From Halieaceae bacterium (lineage in GTDB: Bacteria; Pseudomonadota; Gammaproteobacteria; Pseudomonadales; Halieaceae), in contig CBDDJJ010000001.1 in NCBI GenBank assembly GCA_965229625.1, positions 1,546,417 to 1,610,416 of the forward strand: a DNA stretch of 64,000 nucleotides, in the 5' to 3' direction. A program made the translations under genes and the position numbers. The notes beneath the pieces were generated by a model that worked only from the letters and a program-made list of their open reading frames with translations, was not told the DNA's origin and ran no database searches. Positions 35,606 through 44,429 of the stretch are shown one piece after another. Position 1 is the stretch's first letter. Each line of letters opens with the position of its first letter.

Positions 35606-36471
35606 AGCACTCGCGCTCCGCAGATACTGTGGTCCTCGGCAACTTCCAGCAGGTAGTCTGCGCGAGCTGGCATCTCGTCCAGGCAGTGGCGCGTAACGCG
35701 TTCATAGTGCTCCACAAAGCGCTTCACCTGTGCCGGGCTCATCACGCCCGCCCCACTGCGGCGCCCGGCCAGCTTGGCTTCCTGCAACTGCCGCCACTCC
35801 AGCACCCGCTCCATGGAGGGTGCCTTCAACATCACCAATGTGTGCAGGCGCGAATAGAGTGCAGCATAAGGTCCCACCAGCTGTTCGTTGACGTAGCGGC
35901 GCCACTCGCCGCTGCTGTCTTCACTGGCCTCCAGGTCGTTGATCGGGGTGCGCAGCGCAATCTCCGGTTCGGGGGCGGCCCCCACACACCAGCCTTCCAG
36001 CAGGACAATGTCAGCGGGGCCCGCCAGTTTCCAGTCTGCGCTCGGCAGGCGGTCATCGATGGCCTTGTCGAATACCGGGACGGGAATCGCCTTCCCCATT
36101 TCCAGGGCATCCAGGGTCTGCTTCAGCAATGGGACCTCATGGGTGCCCGGGACTCCCCGGGTTTGCAATAGCGGATGCACGGCGTCCGCCAGCCGCTGGC
36201 GCTCGGCACGCGGCAGGTAGAAATCATCCAGCGACAGGGTTGCATGCCGCAGCCCGCGAATTTCCAGCATCAGGCAAAACACCTCGCAGGCGGTGGTCTT
36301 GCCGGTGCCCTGGGCGCCATTCACACCCACCAGCAGGGGCGAACCCTGGGCGGCCTGCCTGGCCTGCAGCCACTCGGCCAGTGGCAGGAACCAGCGCTCC
36401 GCCATGGCTGGATAGCTGTCGGGCAGCGCCTCGGCGGCCGCCAGAGATATCAATTGTTCACGCAGCGACAT
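35602..36471 (-). CDS. P-loop kinase, D-glycerate 3-kinase (GLYK)-like
   Basis: Start taken at ATG 36471 (MSLREQL...). The track ORF runs to 36591. Walker A GVNGAQGTGKTT, then ...SLDDFYLPRAERQRLA...HPLLQTRGVPGTHE, typical of the plant/yeast-type glycerate kinase family. Confidence 0.6.
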   Translation of the reverse strand: MSLREQLISLAAAEALPDSYPAMAERWFLPLAEWLQARQAAQGSPLLVGVNGAQGTGKTTACEVFCLMLEIRGLRHATLSLDDFYLPRAERQRLADAVHPLLQTRGVPGTHEVPLLKQTLDALEMGKAIPVPVFDKAIDDRLPSADWKLAGPADIVLLEGWCVGAAPEPEIALRTPINDLEASEDSSGEWRRYVNEQLVGPYAALYSRLHTLVMLKAPSMERVLEWRQLQEAKLAGRRSGAGVMSPAQVKRFVEHYERVTRHCLDEMPARADYLLEVAEDHSICGARVL

Positions 36472-36702
36472 GGCGGCGCGTTTTCCCCACAGGTACCTGG
36501 TATTGAGGAAACAAGTTTTGTGCCAACCCGCAAATGCCTGGCCAGCGGCGTACGGCGGGCGAACTTCCGCACCAGAAAGGGGCGCCACCACAATAGCTGC
36601 CAGCCCATGGTGCAGTCAGCTCACCGAGTGCACGCTGATCAGCCTGCCTGTCCATGCCGTATAACCCCCTGTACTCTTCAGACTCAAGCGTTAAGGATAG
36701 CC

Positions 36703-37269
36703 GTGAATATCAGCAAGCTGTTGGCCGTCGCCCTGGCGGCGCTGCTGACGGGCTGCAGTAGTGTCAGCGTTGATAACTACCGCGATGCCAGCCCGCCCTT
36801 CATTCCCAGTGAATTTTTTGACGGTCGCCTGACGGCCCACGGCGTCGTGATGGATCGCGGCGGCAAGGTGACCCGGCACTTCAATGCCGACATCCTGGCC
36901 TGGTGGCGCGATGGCGTCGGCACACTCGAGGAAGACTTCGTGTTCGATGACGGCGAAGAACAGCGCCGGGTGTGGACGCTGACACCTGACGGGGCCGGCG
37001 GCTATATCGGGCGCGCCGGCGACGTGGTCGGCGACGGCAGCCTCAGCTTCGCCGGCAACGCAGTGTTCCTGGACTACGTGCTGCGCATTCCTTACGGTGA
37101 CGGGACCATCGACCTGCGTGTGGATGACCGCATGTACCTGGTCGCGCCCAACGTGCTCATCAATGAGTCGAAGCTCTCAAAATTCGGTTTTGGCGTGGGC
37201 AGGATCCTGCTGACCATTGTCCGTCACCCGGACCCCGAAGCAGCAAGCGCGTTGCTACCGGAGGCTTGA
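36703..37269 (+). CDS. DUF3833-like lipoprotein
   Basis: GTG at 36703 follows AAGGA. MNISKLLAVALAALLTGCSS is a lipobox. The upstream part of track ORF 36175..37269 is antisense to the kinase gene and was rejected. Confidence 0.6.
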   Translation: MNISKLLAVALAALLTGCSSVSVDNYRDASPPFIPSEFFDGRLTAHGVVMDRGGKVTRHFNADILAWWRDGVGTLEEDFVFDDGEEQRRVWTLTPDGAGGYIGRAGDVVGDGSLSFAGNAVFLDYVLRIPYGDGTIDLRVDDRMYLVAPNVLINESKLSKFGFGVGRILLTIVRHPDPEAASALLPEA

Positions 37270-37272
37270 GAC

Positions 37273-37725
37273 ATGAGTTTTGACATCACCGGTCCCTGGG
37301 ACCACGCCACTGCGGGCGCTTACCTGGCTGAAAGCTCGTTTCCGCTGCGACTGGCCTGCGTGGGCCGCGACGGCTTCCCGCGCGTGGTATCGCTGTGGTA
37401 CCAGTACCAGGAGGGCAATTTCCTGTGTGTAACCCACAGGGATTCGAAGCTGACCACCCTGCTGCGCCACAACCACAAGGTGGGCTTCGAGGTCTCTCCC
37501 AACGAGCCTCCCTATCACGGCGTGCGAGGCCAGGGCCTGGTGAGCCTGCATGCCGAGGGCGGTGAAGCCGTGCTGCGGGACAACCTGCAGTCCTACCTGG
37601 GCGGTACCGACTCAAGCCTGGCGCGCTGGCTGTTGTCGCGCGCCGAGGAAGAACTCCTGGTGCGCATTGAGATCACCCGCATGTTCAGCTGGGACTATCG
37701 GGAGCGCATGGCCGACGCCGGCTAG
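37273..37725 (+). CDS. Pyridoxamine 5'-phosphate oxidase-like FMN-binding family protein
   Basis: 150 aa. ...RLACVGRDGFPRVVSLWYQYQEGNFLCVTH... fits the split-barrel family. Confidence 0.7.
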   Translation: MSFDITGPWDHATAGAYLAESSFPLRLACVGRDGFPRVVSLWYQYQEGNFLCVTHRDSKLTTLLRHNHKVGFEVSPNEPPYHGVRGQGLVSLHAEGGEAVLRDNLQSYLGGTDSSLARWLLSRAEEELLVRIEITRMFSWDYRERMADAG

Positions 37726-37728
37726 TAT

Positions 37729-39240
37729 TCAGGCGGCGCCCGCCTGCATCTCCAGGGCCACCGCGGGTGGTGGCAACTTGCGCACTGCGTCGGTTGTGAA
37801 CGGCGCCCGCATCACCTCGCGATACTGCTCGCGCAGCCGCTGACCGGCACTCTTCAGGGAACCGATGTCGCCCGGGTGCAAGGGCGGCAACACCGTCACC
37901 TGGATGGTAGCGGGGCGCACCAGCAGTTTGCCTTTTGGCAGCGCATCAGAAACGTTGTGCAACACCACCGGTACGATCGGCACCCCCAGCTTACGCGCCA
38001 TGAAGAACGCGCCCTGCTTGAACTCCAGCAGTTCACCGGTAGCACTGCGGGTGCCTTCCGGCGCGATCACCAGGCTCTTGCCATTGCGCAGGGCCTCCCG
38101 CGCCTGGGTAAAGCACAGGCTCTGGTCAGCCCGGTCACGGTCGACAAAGATGGTGCCGTGGGCGCGCAGCAGCGGGCCCAGGATACGGTTATTGGCCACC
38201 TCCTGTTTGCAGAAGCCGACGAAGTCGTGGCGCACGAGGTGGGCCATGACCACAGAATCCAGATAGCTCTGGTGATTGAACGTGAAAATGGCGGGGCGCA
38301 CAGCCTCCAGGTGTTCCACACCTGCGATATCGAACTCCAGGCCTGCCACTGCCACACCTACGTCGCCAAGCCAGCTGGTCATGCGGTTGGCGGCCTTGTT
38401 GGGCGAGCGTGAAAGTAACCAGGAGGCCGCGCCGGCCGCTGCCGTGGTGACCAGCGTGTTGGCGGTCAGGGCCGTTCGCAGCACGCTCTCCAGGTTGGGC
38501 TTGCCGCGACTGGAGAAATCGAGCACGGTCCAGCCACGTTCCAGGGCATGGGCGCGCAACGCCGGTGAAGGGTTGGTGGCGATCGGCCGCCCCACCTTTT
38601 TCAGCAGCGGCAAATCATCGCGGCTGTCAGAGTAAAACCAGGCATCGGCCGCGGATGCGCCCAGCTTGCGAAGGTAACGCCGCGCGGCGATCACCTTGCC
38701 CTCGCCATGACAGAGGCCGCCCCGTACATCTCCGGTAACCCGGCCCCGCTGGATTTTCAGGCGGGTGGAAAATACCGCGTCGGCTTCCAGGGCGCGGGCT
38801 ACTGGTTCTGCCTGGTACTCGGTAGCAGCCGTGATCAGCACGACCTTGTGACCCAACTCCCGGTGACGTCGAATGATCTGCCGCGCTTCTCGATAGAGGC
38901 TGGCCTGCACGCTACGCTCGAAAGCTGCTTCGCCAAGGTCCCACAGGAAAGATTCCTCGATACCGGCCATACCGCGAATAAAGCGGCGGTAGGCGGCTGT
39001 GTACTGCCGGCCAGCCAAATGCCGACGTTCCGCGCTGGCGAGCATTTCCCGCGCCAGTTTGCGGCCACCGGCCTGGCCGCCGCCTTCGTTACGGCGCCGC
39101 ACCCACTCGAGGGCCAGCGCAATCGCGGTGTAGCCCAGCAAAACCGTGCGATCCATATCGAAAAACGCCACCACCTGGCCATCTGCCTGCTGTTCTTCCA
39201 GGCTCAACCAATGCTTGAGTACCAGCGGATCTACCGCCAT
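37729..39240 (-). CDS. Fusion protein: HAD-IB hydrolase (N-terminal) plus PlsC-type lysophospholipid acyltransferase (C-terminal)
   Basis: 503 aa. FFDMDRTVL is HAD motif I, with ...YSDSRDDLPLL... further on. FNHQSYLDSVVM (HX4D) and ...VIAPEGTRS... are acyltransferase blocks. Confidence 0.8.
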   Translation of the reverse strand: MAVDPLVLKHWLSLEEQQADGQVVAFFDMDRTVLLGYTAIALALEWVRRRNEGGGQAGGRKLAREMLASAERRHLAGRQYTAAYRRFIRGMAGIEESFLWDLGEAAFERSVQASLYREARQIIRRHRELGHKVVLITAATEYQAEPVARALEADAVFSTRLKIQRGRVTGDVRGGLCHGEGKVIAARRYLRKLGASAADAWFYSDSRDDLPLLKKVGRPIATNPSPALRAHALERGWTVLDFSSRGKPNLESVLRTALTANTLVTTAAAGAASWLLSRSPNKAANRMTSWLGDVGVAVAGLEFDIAGVEHLEAVRPAIFTFNHQSYLDSVVMAHLVRHDFVGFCKQEVANNRILGPLLRAHGTIFVDRDRADQSLCFTQAREALRNGKSLVIAPEGTRSATGELLEFKQGAFFMARKLGVPIVPVVLHNVSDALPKGKLLVRPATIQVTVLPPLHPGDIGSLKSAGQRLREQYREVMRAPFTTDAVRKLPPPAVALEMQAGAA

Positions 39241-39498
39241 GCCTGCCTCCCACCGCGCTCTGCGGCCTTGGTCCGGCCTGTTCGGGGCCAGTTCGGGGAA
39301 GATGCTGCAAATTACCTGCCAATCCGCAGAACTTCTGCGAATTGTAGCGAACTGCTCTTACATGGCAGTGAACAGGAGGTTTCCTGTTGGTGACGATGTG
39401 GCGAGGAGTGCTTTAGCGGGGCATCAGGTGGGACCCGGTGCCCCGCATTAGTGCTAACGAGAGTTAGTAAAGGCTGACTTTCCTATCGGCTGGCGGTG

Positions 39499-39568
39499 CG
39501 GCCTGCATGGCTCGGCCTACGCGGCGCGGCCTGCGCAGCCCGGCCCGCGCGGCACGGCCTGCACTGCC
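39499..39568. repeat. Tandem repeat, 5 x 14 bp
   Basis: CGGCCTGCATGGCT CGGCCTACGCGGCG CGGCCTGCGCAGCC CGGCCCGCGCGGCA CGGCCTGCACTGCC. Non-coding period. Lies 80 nt downstream of the MerR gene stop. Confidence 0.75.
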
Positions 39569-39647
39569 GGGGCGCCAGGGCGTGCCCCCGGAGCTCGACC
39601 GGTTGGGACAGTCCGCAGTGCAGCCCCTGCAGGGCAGCGGCGCCGGC

Positions 39648-40625
39648 TCAGGGCTCACCGTGTTCCTCCAGTACTGCCGCCAGCGCCTTTTCCATCAGCC
39701 AGCGGGCCTGGTTGGTATAGGCATAGACACAGGTATGGGTCGCGGCATCGGACCAGCTGTCCACCGCGCACTGGCTGGAATACTGCTCGAAGGCGTTCAG
39801 TGACTGGATCAGCTCCGACAGGTGCTGGGTGCAGCCGCAGGCCAGCGGTGACTTCACCTTGCGGAATTTGAGCAGGTCCTCTTCCGGGAACATGCGAGAC
39901 CGGGGCTGCGCCAACTCGCCGGCATCGCTTACCCCGCGCTCCACCTCGAGCGTGCCTTGCAGCCGCTTCATATGGGTCGCAAAGGTCTCGGTATCCAGCG
40001 GCAGCTTGGCCGTGCTGACCCCCTCCGCACCGAGCTGAGTGAGCAGGCGTTGGCTGCTGAACTGGTAGAAAACCAGTGCTGATCGCGCATTGACGCGCTC
40101 ACGCAGGGTCTGGAAAGCCTGTACCTGTTCAACGTTGAGAGCGCTGCAATCCGCAACCAGCAGGTCGACATCGTCCAGTTCCCCGGTCAGCTCCGCTTCG
40201 ACACTCTCGATGGTGCCGCGATAAAGGCGCGAATCCAGGCTGGTCAGGCAGCCGGGATGCTGGTCCAGCCAGCCGCACAGCACGGTACCCACGAACAGTA
40301 CGCGGGGCTTGGCTTCGCTCTTGGCACTGTGATTGCCACTACCGCCCTGCTCCATCATGGCTTCCAGGGTCTTGCGCTCCATGGAGGCGATTTCGCCGAT
40401 GCGAAAACCCTGCTCCACCAGCTTGACGACGATCTGCAGATGCTCAAGGTCGGTTTGTGTGTAGAGGCGGCGTCCATTTTCAGCTTTCTGGGACGCCCCC
40501 AGGCCGTAGCGACGCTCCCAGATACGCAGCGTTTCCGGGCGGACACGGGTCAGGCGCGCGACGGTGCCGATCCCATAAAGTGGACGTGATTCCAGTGCAG
40601 CAGCGGGCATGTTCACCCCTCCCAA
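39648..40625 (-). CDS. MerR-family transcriptional regulator with a ~230-aa Cys-containing C-terminal sensor-like domain
   Basis: HTH YGIGTVARLTRVRPETLRIWERRYGL. The C-terminal region starts with a Rossmann-like VLFVGTVLCGWLDQHPGC... and ends with ...PLACGCTQHL...SSQC...HTCVY. Start could be Met 40610. Confidence 0.8.
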   Translation of the reverse strand: MGGVNMPAAALESRPLYGIGTVARLTRVRPETLRIWERRYGLGASQKAENGRRLYTQTDLEHLQIVVKLVEQGFRIGEIASMERKTLEAMMEQGGSGNHSAKSEAKPRVLFVGTVLCGWLDQHPGCLTSLDSRLYRGTIESVEAELTGELDDVDLLVADCSALNVEQVQAFQTLRERVNARSALVFYQFSSQRLLTQLGAEGVSTAKLPLDTETFATHMKRLQGTLEVERGVSDAGELAQPRSRMFPEEDLLKFRKVKSPLACGCTQHLSELIQSLNAFEQYSSQCAVDSWSDAATHTCVYAYTNQARWLMEKALAAVLEEHGEP

Positions 40626-40644
40626 TCAAAACGTTCACCTATTG

Positions 40645-40664
40645 TTACGGAACTACAGCCGTAA
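40645..40664. promoter_or_regulatory. Candidate operator palindrome in the MerR/sigma divergent intergenic region
   Basis: TTACGG-N8-CCGTAA. A second palindrome, AACAATTGTT, lies at 40703-40712. No clear -35/-10 could be assigned. Confidence 0.25.
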
Positions 40665-40778
40665 TGGAGCACTGTTTAGCATTTGTTAGGCCAAATAACT
40701 AAACAATTGTTGTTCAAGCCCGCTCCGGAGGGAATTTGCCGCGTACATTCAACACCAAGTTGTACAGGACAAGCGTGA

Positions 40779-42062
40779 ATGAGCTCCGCAATGATCAACG
40801 ATAGCACCACTGATACCGACTTTTACCTGGAAGCCAGCAGCCACTACCCGCTACTGACCGCAGAACAGGAGCGCCAGATCGACCTGCGAAAGTGGGCGGC
40901 GGCGCGCCGCTGCGTGCGGCGGCTGCTGGGGGATGAGCGTGGCCGCGCCCTGCTGCTCGAGCTGGCCACCGCCTGTCTTGAGTCACCGCCAGACGTGGAC
41001 CAGTTTGATCCCCGCTCGCTGTATTTCACCCTGCGCAAGGACATCGTCGACCTGTTGCCGGGAAGCAAAGGTGCCAATGCCCTGGACAAGTTCAGGAAAC
41101 AGCTGCGCAATTCCCGCACCTCCAATCGGAAATTGCTGGCCGCGACTGCCGAAATGGGCTGGCCCACTACCCTGGTGGCAGGTCTGGCAATCATCCACCT
41201 GCGGCGCCAGGGCGCGAATATCCCCGACCTGATGGCAGACGCCATGTGCATCTGGCAGCCGCAATGGTCGCGCCGCTACCTGCCGGCGCGCTCAGTGGAT
41301 GTTGACCAGAGCTTGCGCCGGGCGCTGGACCAGTACGTCAGGGCCCGGGACAAGCTGGTGATGCACAACCTGCGCCTGGTGCACAAGCTGGCCTGGGACC
41401 ATCCCGGGCGCAGCATTCCCCAGCGCGACCTCGTGCAGGACGGCATTATTGGCCTTATCCGAGCCGCCGAGAAATTCGACGTGAGCCGGGGGTTCCGCTT
41501 CACGACTTACGCCTACCCCTGGATCAACCAGCACCTGCAACGCGCCACGGAGAACAAGGGCAGCCTGATCACTTATCCCGCTCATGTGGTGCAGGAAATC
41601 AACCAGCTGCACCGGGTTCGCATGGCGTACCTGGAGCGCACGGGCCGCGACCCGGGCATCGAATTGCTGGCCGAGGAAACCGGCTTTGACAGCGACAAGG
41701 TCAACCGGCTGCGCCGGCTGAGCAACATTACCGTGTCTATCGATCACCCGGAGGCGGAGGACAACGACCTGCGCCACGCGTCCAGCATTCCGGATCCGGA
41801 TTCGGAGCGCGCCGTCGAGGACACCGAGCGCGGCAGCGTGGCAAAGCTGCTCTGGCAACACATCGACAAGCTGGAGGAGCGAGAGCAGGCCGTGATTACC
41901 GGCCGCTGGGGCCTGGACGGACGACCGCAGCGCACCTTTGCCCAGCTGGCCGACCAGCTTCACGTGAGCCGCGAGTGGGTGCGCCAGTTGGAGAAATCCG
42001 CACTCAAGAAGCTCGGCGAGGAAGCCCGCCTCAACGAGGCGTTTGAGGAGATGCGCGCGTAG
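40779..42062 (+). CDS. Sigma-70 family RNA polymerase sigma factor with a ~140-aa insertion between regions 1.2 and 2.1
   Basis: 427 aa. Region 1.2-like FYLEASSHYPLLTAEQERQI. Region 2 is NLRLVHKLAWDH...DLVQDGIIGLIRAAEKFDVSRGFRFTTYAYPWINQHLQRA. Region 4.2 is FAQLADQLHVSREWVRQLEKSALKKL. Confidence 0.85.
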   Translation: MSSAMINDSTTDTDFYLEASSHYPLLTAEQERQIDLRKWAAARRCVRRLLGDERGRALLLELATACLESPPDVDQFDPRSLYFTLRKDIVDLLPGSKGANALDKFRKQLRNSRTSNRKLLAATAEMGWPTTLVAGLAIIHLRRQGANIPDLMADAMCIWQPQWSRRYLPARSVDVDQSLRRALDQYVRARDKLVMHNLRLVHKLAWDHPGRSIPQRDLVQDGIIGLIRAAEKFDVSRGFRFTTYAYPWINQHLQRATENKGSLITYPAHVVQEINQLHRVRMAYLERTGRDPGIELLAEETGFDSDKVNRLRRLSNITVSIDHPEAEDNDLRHASSIPDPDSERAVEDTERGSVAKLLWQHIDKLEEREQAVITGRWGLDGRPQRTFAQLADQLHVSREWVRQLEKSALKKLGEEARLNEAFEEMRA

Positions 42063-42132
42063 CCGGTCGCACCTGGCCGGTCGCACCTGGCCGGCCGCGC
42101 CTGGCCGGTCACACCTGGCCGGCCGCACTTGT
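42063..42132. repeat. Tandem repeat, 5 x 14 bp
   Basis: CCGGTCGCACCTGG CCGGTCGCACCTGG CCGGCCGCGCCTGG CCGGTCACACCTGG CCGGCCGCACTTGT. Starts 1 nt after the sigma-factor stop codon. Confidence 0.8.
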
Positions 42133-42263
42133 CCACTAGCGCCTGATCAGCCGCGCAGGCATATAAAGGCCAGTGTTATTTCGCAGGTGAAATGGTAGTC
42201 TGACCGCGGGTGCAGTTGCACGGCGCCCTGTCAAAAAGAATCCTACATGGACGTGCTGCACAC

Positions 42264-44429
42264 ATGGCCTCACTCCTGGCAGAGTTGAAGCGTCGCAACG
42301 TGTATAAGGTGGCTTTCGCCTACCTTATTCTCGGGTGGTTGGTCCTGCAGATCACCGACGTGGTCGCTCCCGCCCTGCGCCTGCCCGACTGGACCATGAG
42401 CCTGGTCACTTACCTTGGCCTGATCGGCTTCCCCTTTGCCTTGCTGTTCACCTGGGCGTTTGAGCTTACGCCCGAAGGTCTCAAACGCTCTACCGAGGTG
42501 GATCCCAGGCAATCCATCACCAGCAAAACCGGACAAACCCTGAACGGCGTGATCATCTCCATGCTGGTGCTGGCGGTCGTGTTTCTGCTGGTGGACAAGT
42601 TCTTCCTGGCAGACGCGCCGCGGGTGATTGCGAACCCGGAGGCTTCAACGTCGTTTGACAAGCCGGCCACCGACACCTCAGTCGAAGACAGCAAGCCGCG
42701 CTCGATTGCGGTACTGCCGTTTGTGAATATGAGCAACGACCCGGACCAGGAGTATTTTTCCGACGGCATCTCGGAAGAGTTGCTCAATGGCCTGGCGAAG
42801 ATTTCGGAGTTGCAGGTGGCAGCGCGAACCTCCTCCTTTGCCTTCAAGGGCCAGAACCAGGACATCACCGATATCGGCAGGGAGCTCAAGGTTGAGACCG
42901 TGCTGGAGGGGTCGGTACGCAAGGCAGGCACCAGGGTGCGCATTACCGCCCAGCTCATCAACGTGGAAGACGGCTACCACCTGTGGTCAGAGGTCTACGA
43001 CCGTGAGCTGGTGGACATTTTTGCCATCCAGGACGAAATATCGAAGGCCATCGTCGATGCCCTGAAAGTACACCTGACTGACCAGGAGGCGGCCACGGTT
43101 GCCACCTCCCGGGAGGTGGACCTGGATGCCTACAACTACGTTCTGCTGGCAAGACACAATGTGCGTCAACGCACCCAGCCAACGCTGGAACGGGCGGTGT
43201 TCCTGTTCCAGAAGGCGATCGATATCGATCCGGGCTATGCGGAAGCCTGGGCGGGCAAAGCCGCCGCGACCGAGTTGCTCTCCAGCGCCCACTACGGCAA
43301 CACGCCGCCGCTGGAAGCCGACCGGCAGGCACAACAGATGGTCGACATGGCCCTGCGCCTGGAGCCCGATAACGCCAGGGCACTGGCCACCAAGGCTCTG
43401 CTCGATCTCAACGCAAAAGACCCTGAGGTTGCCATCGCCAGCCTCCAAAAAGCCATCGCTGCCAACCCCTCAGAAGGGATTCTTCGCTCCTGGCAGGCAG
43501 ACGCGCTGGACCGGTTGGGAGACTTCGACGCCTCCCTTAAATCACTGGAGGATGCCTACCGACTCGACCCGCTACACCCGACCATCCGCCGCAACCTGGG
43601 TATGTGGTATGCCTTCAAAGGGCGCGCAGAGCTCGCTCGGGAGATGATGATCCCCGGTGAGCAGGACTACTACGAGGTGGAGGGCTTTATCGCCGTCACC
43701 GAGGGGCGCAACGCAGACCGGGAGCGACAGTTCAACGTCGGCGCGGACAAGGTGTCCGCCAGCGAGCGAGGCGTGCTGATCTGGATGCGCAACATGAACC
43801 GGTACTTCCAACTCGGCAACCCGGTCGCGGCGTACGAGGAAGCCACGCCTACCCAGTCCATGATGCTGGACGCTTTCCTGGAACCGGAGCGGGCACTGGC
43901 CACCATTGAAGCGCTCAGCGACGATGACTATGGGCGCCTGGCCTTTCACGCTCATATCACTGCGCTGGCCAATCTCGGGCGGCACCGGGACCTGATCTCT
44001 GCGTACGAGGATCGCATGGGCAAGCCGGAGCGAGTGGTGGGTAGCCTGTTCAGTCCGGTCAGTGAGTTCAATTGGACGGTGACCTACGCCGAAGCCCTCA
44101 AGTCTGCCGGGAATGTGGATCAGGCACTGGCGCTCGGTCGGGAACTGCAGGCCTACCTCGAGCGCGGCATCGACAGCGGTACGCCAAACACTTACCTGGT
44201 TCTCCAGGCCCGCATTGCGCTGGTGCTGGATGACACCACAACTGCCATCGCCGCGCTCAAGTCCGGCATGCAGTATCACTCCCTGGGCGCCCCGGCCTTC
44301 AATGGCCTTTGGTTTGAAGCGCTGCATGACAACGTGGAGTACCAGGCCATCCGGGAAGCCTGGGTACAGCAGGTCGACGCTGAACGCGCCAAGCTGCAAT
44401 GGCCGCCGCTGGAGCTGGCAAGCCTATGA
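42264..44429 (+). CDS. Membrane-anchored TolB-N-like plus TPR repeat protein (paralog 1)
   Basis: Start at ATG 42264 (MASLLAELKRRNVYKVAFAYLILGWLVLQI, a TM anchor). SIAVLPFVNMSNDPDQEYFSDGISEELLNGLAKI...TVLEGSVRKAG.RVRITAQLINVEDGYHLWSEVYDREL is the TolB-N-like module. The C-terminal half is TPR-like. Confidence 0.7.
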   Translation: MASLLAELKRRNVYKVAFAYLILGWLVLQITDVVAPALRLPDWTMSLVTYLGLIGFPFALLFTWAFELTPEGLKRSTEVDPRQSITSKTGQTLNGVIISMLVLAVVFLLVDKFFLADAPRVIANPEASTSFDKPATDTSVEDSKPRSIAVLPFVNMSNDPDQEYFSDGISEELLNGLAKISELQVAARTSSFAFKGQNQDITDIGRELKVETVLEGSVRKAGTRVRITAQLINVEDGYHLWSEVYDRELVDIFAIQDEISKAIVDALKVHLTDQEAATVATSREVDLDAYNYVLLARHNVRQRTQPTLERAVFLFQKAIDIDPGYAEAWAGKAAATELLSSAHYGNTPPLEADRQAQQMVDMALRLEPDNARALATKALLDLNAKDPEVAIASLQKAIAANPSEGILRSWQADALDRLGDFDASLKSLEDAYRLDPLHPTIRRNLGMWYAFKGRAELAREMMIPGEQDYYEVEGFIAVTEGRNADRERQFNVGADKVSASERGVLIWMRNMNRYFQLGNPVAAYEEATPTQSMMLDAFLEPERALATIEALSDDDYGRLAFHAHITALANLGRHRDLISAYEDRMGKPERVVGSLFSPVSEFNWTVTYAEALKSAGNVDQALALGRELQAYLERGIDSGTPNTYLVLQARIALVLDDTTTAIAALKSGMQYHSLGAPAFNGLWFEALHDNVEYQAIREAWVQQVDAERAKLQWPPLELASL

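Noticed and set aside
36175-36702. N-terminal 176 aa of track ORF 36175..37269
   Set aside because: This part is antisense to the glycerate-kinase-like gene. The lipoprotein signal peptide with an SD begins at GTG 36703.
39496-39803. Small plus-strand ORFs across the 14-bp array downstream of the MerR gene
   Set aside because: They are translations of the GC-rich tandem repeat (Ala/Arg/Pro/Gly runs). No SD is present.
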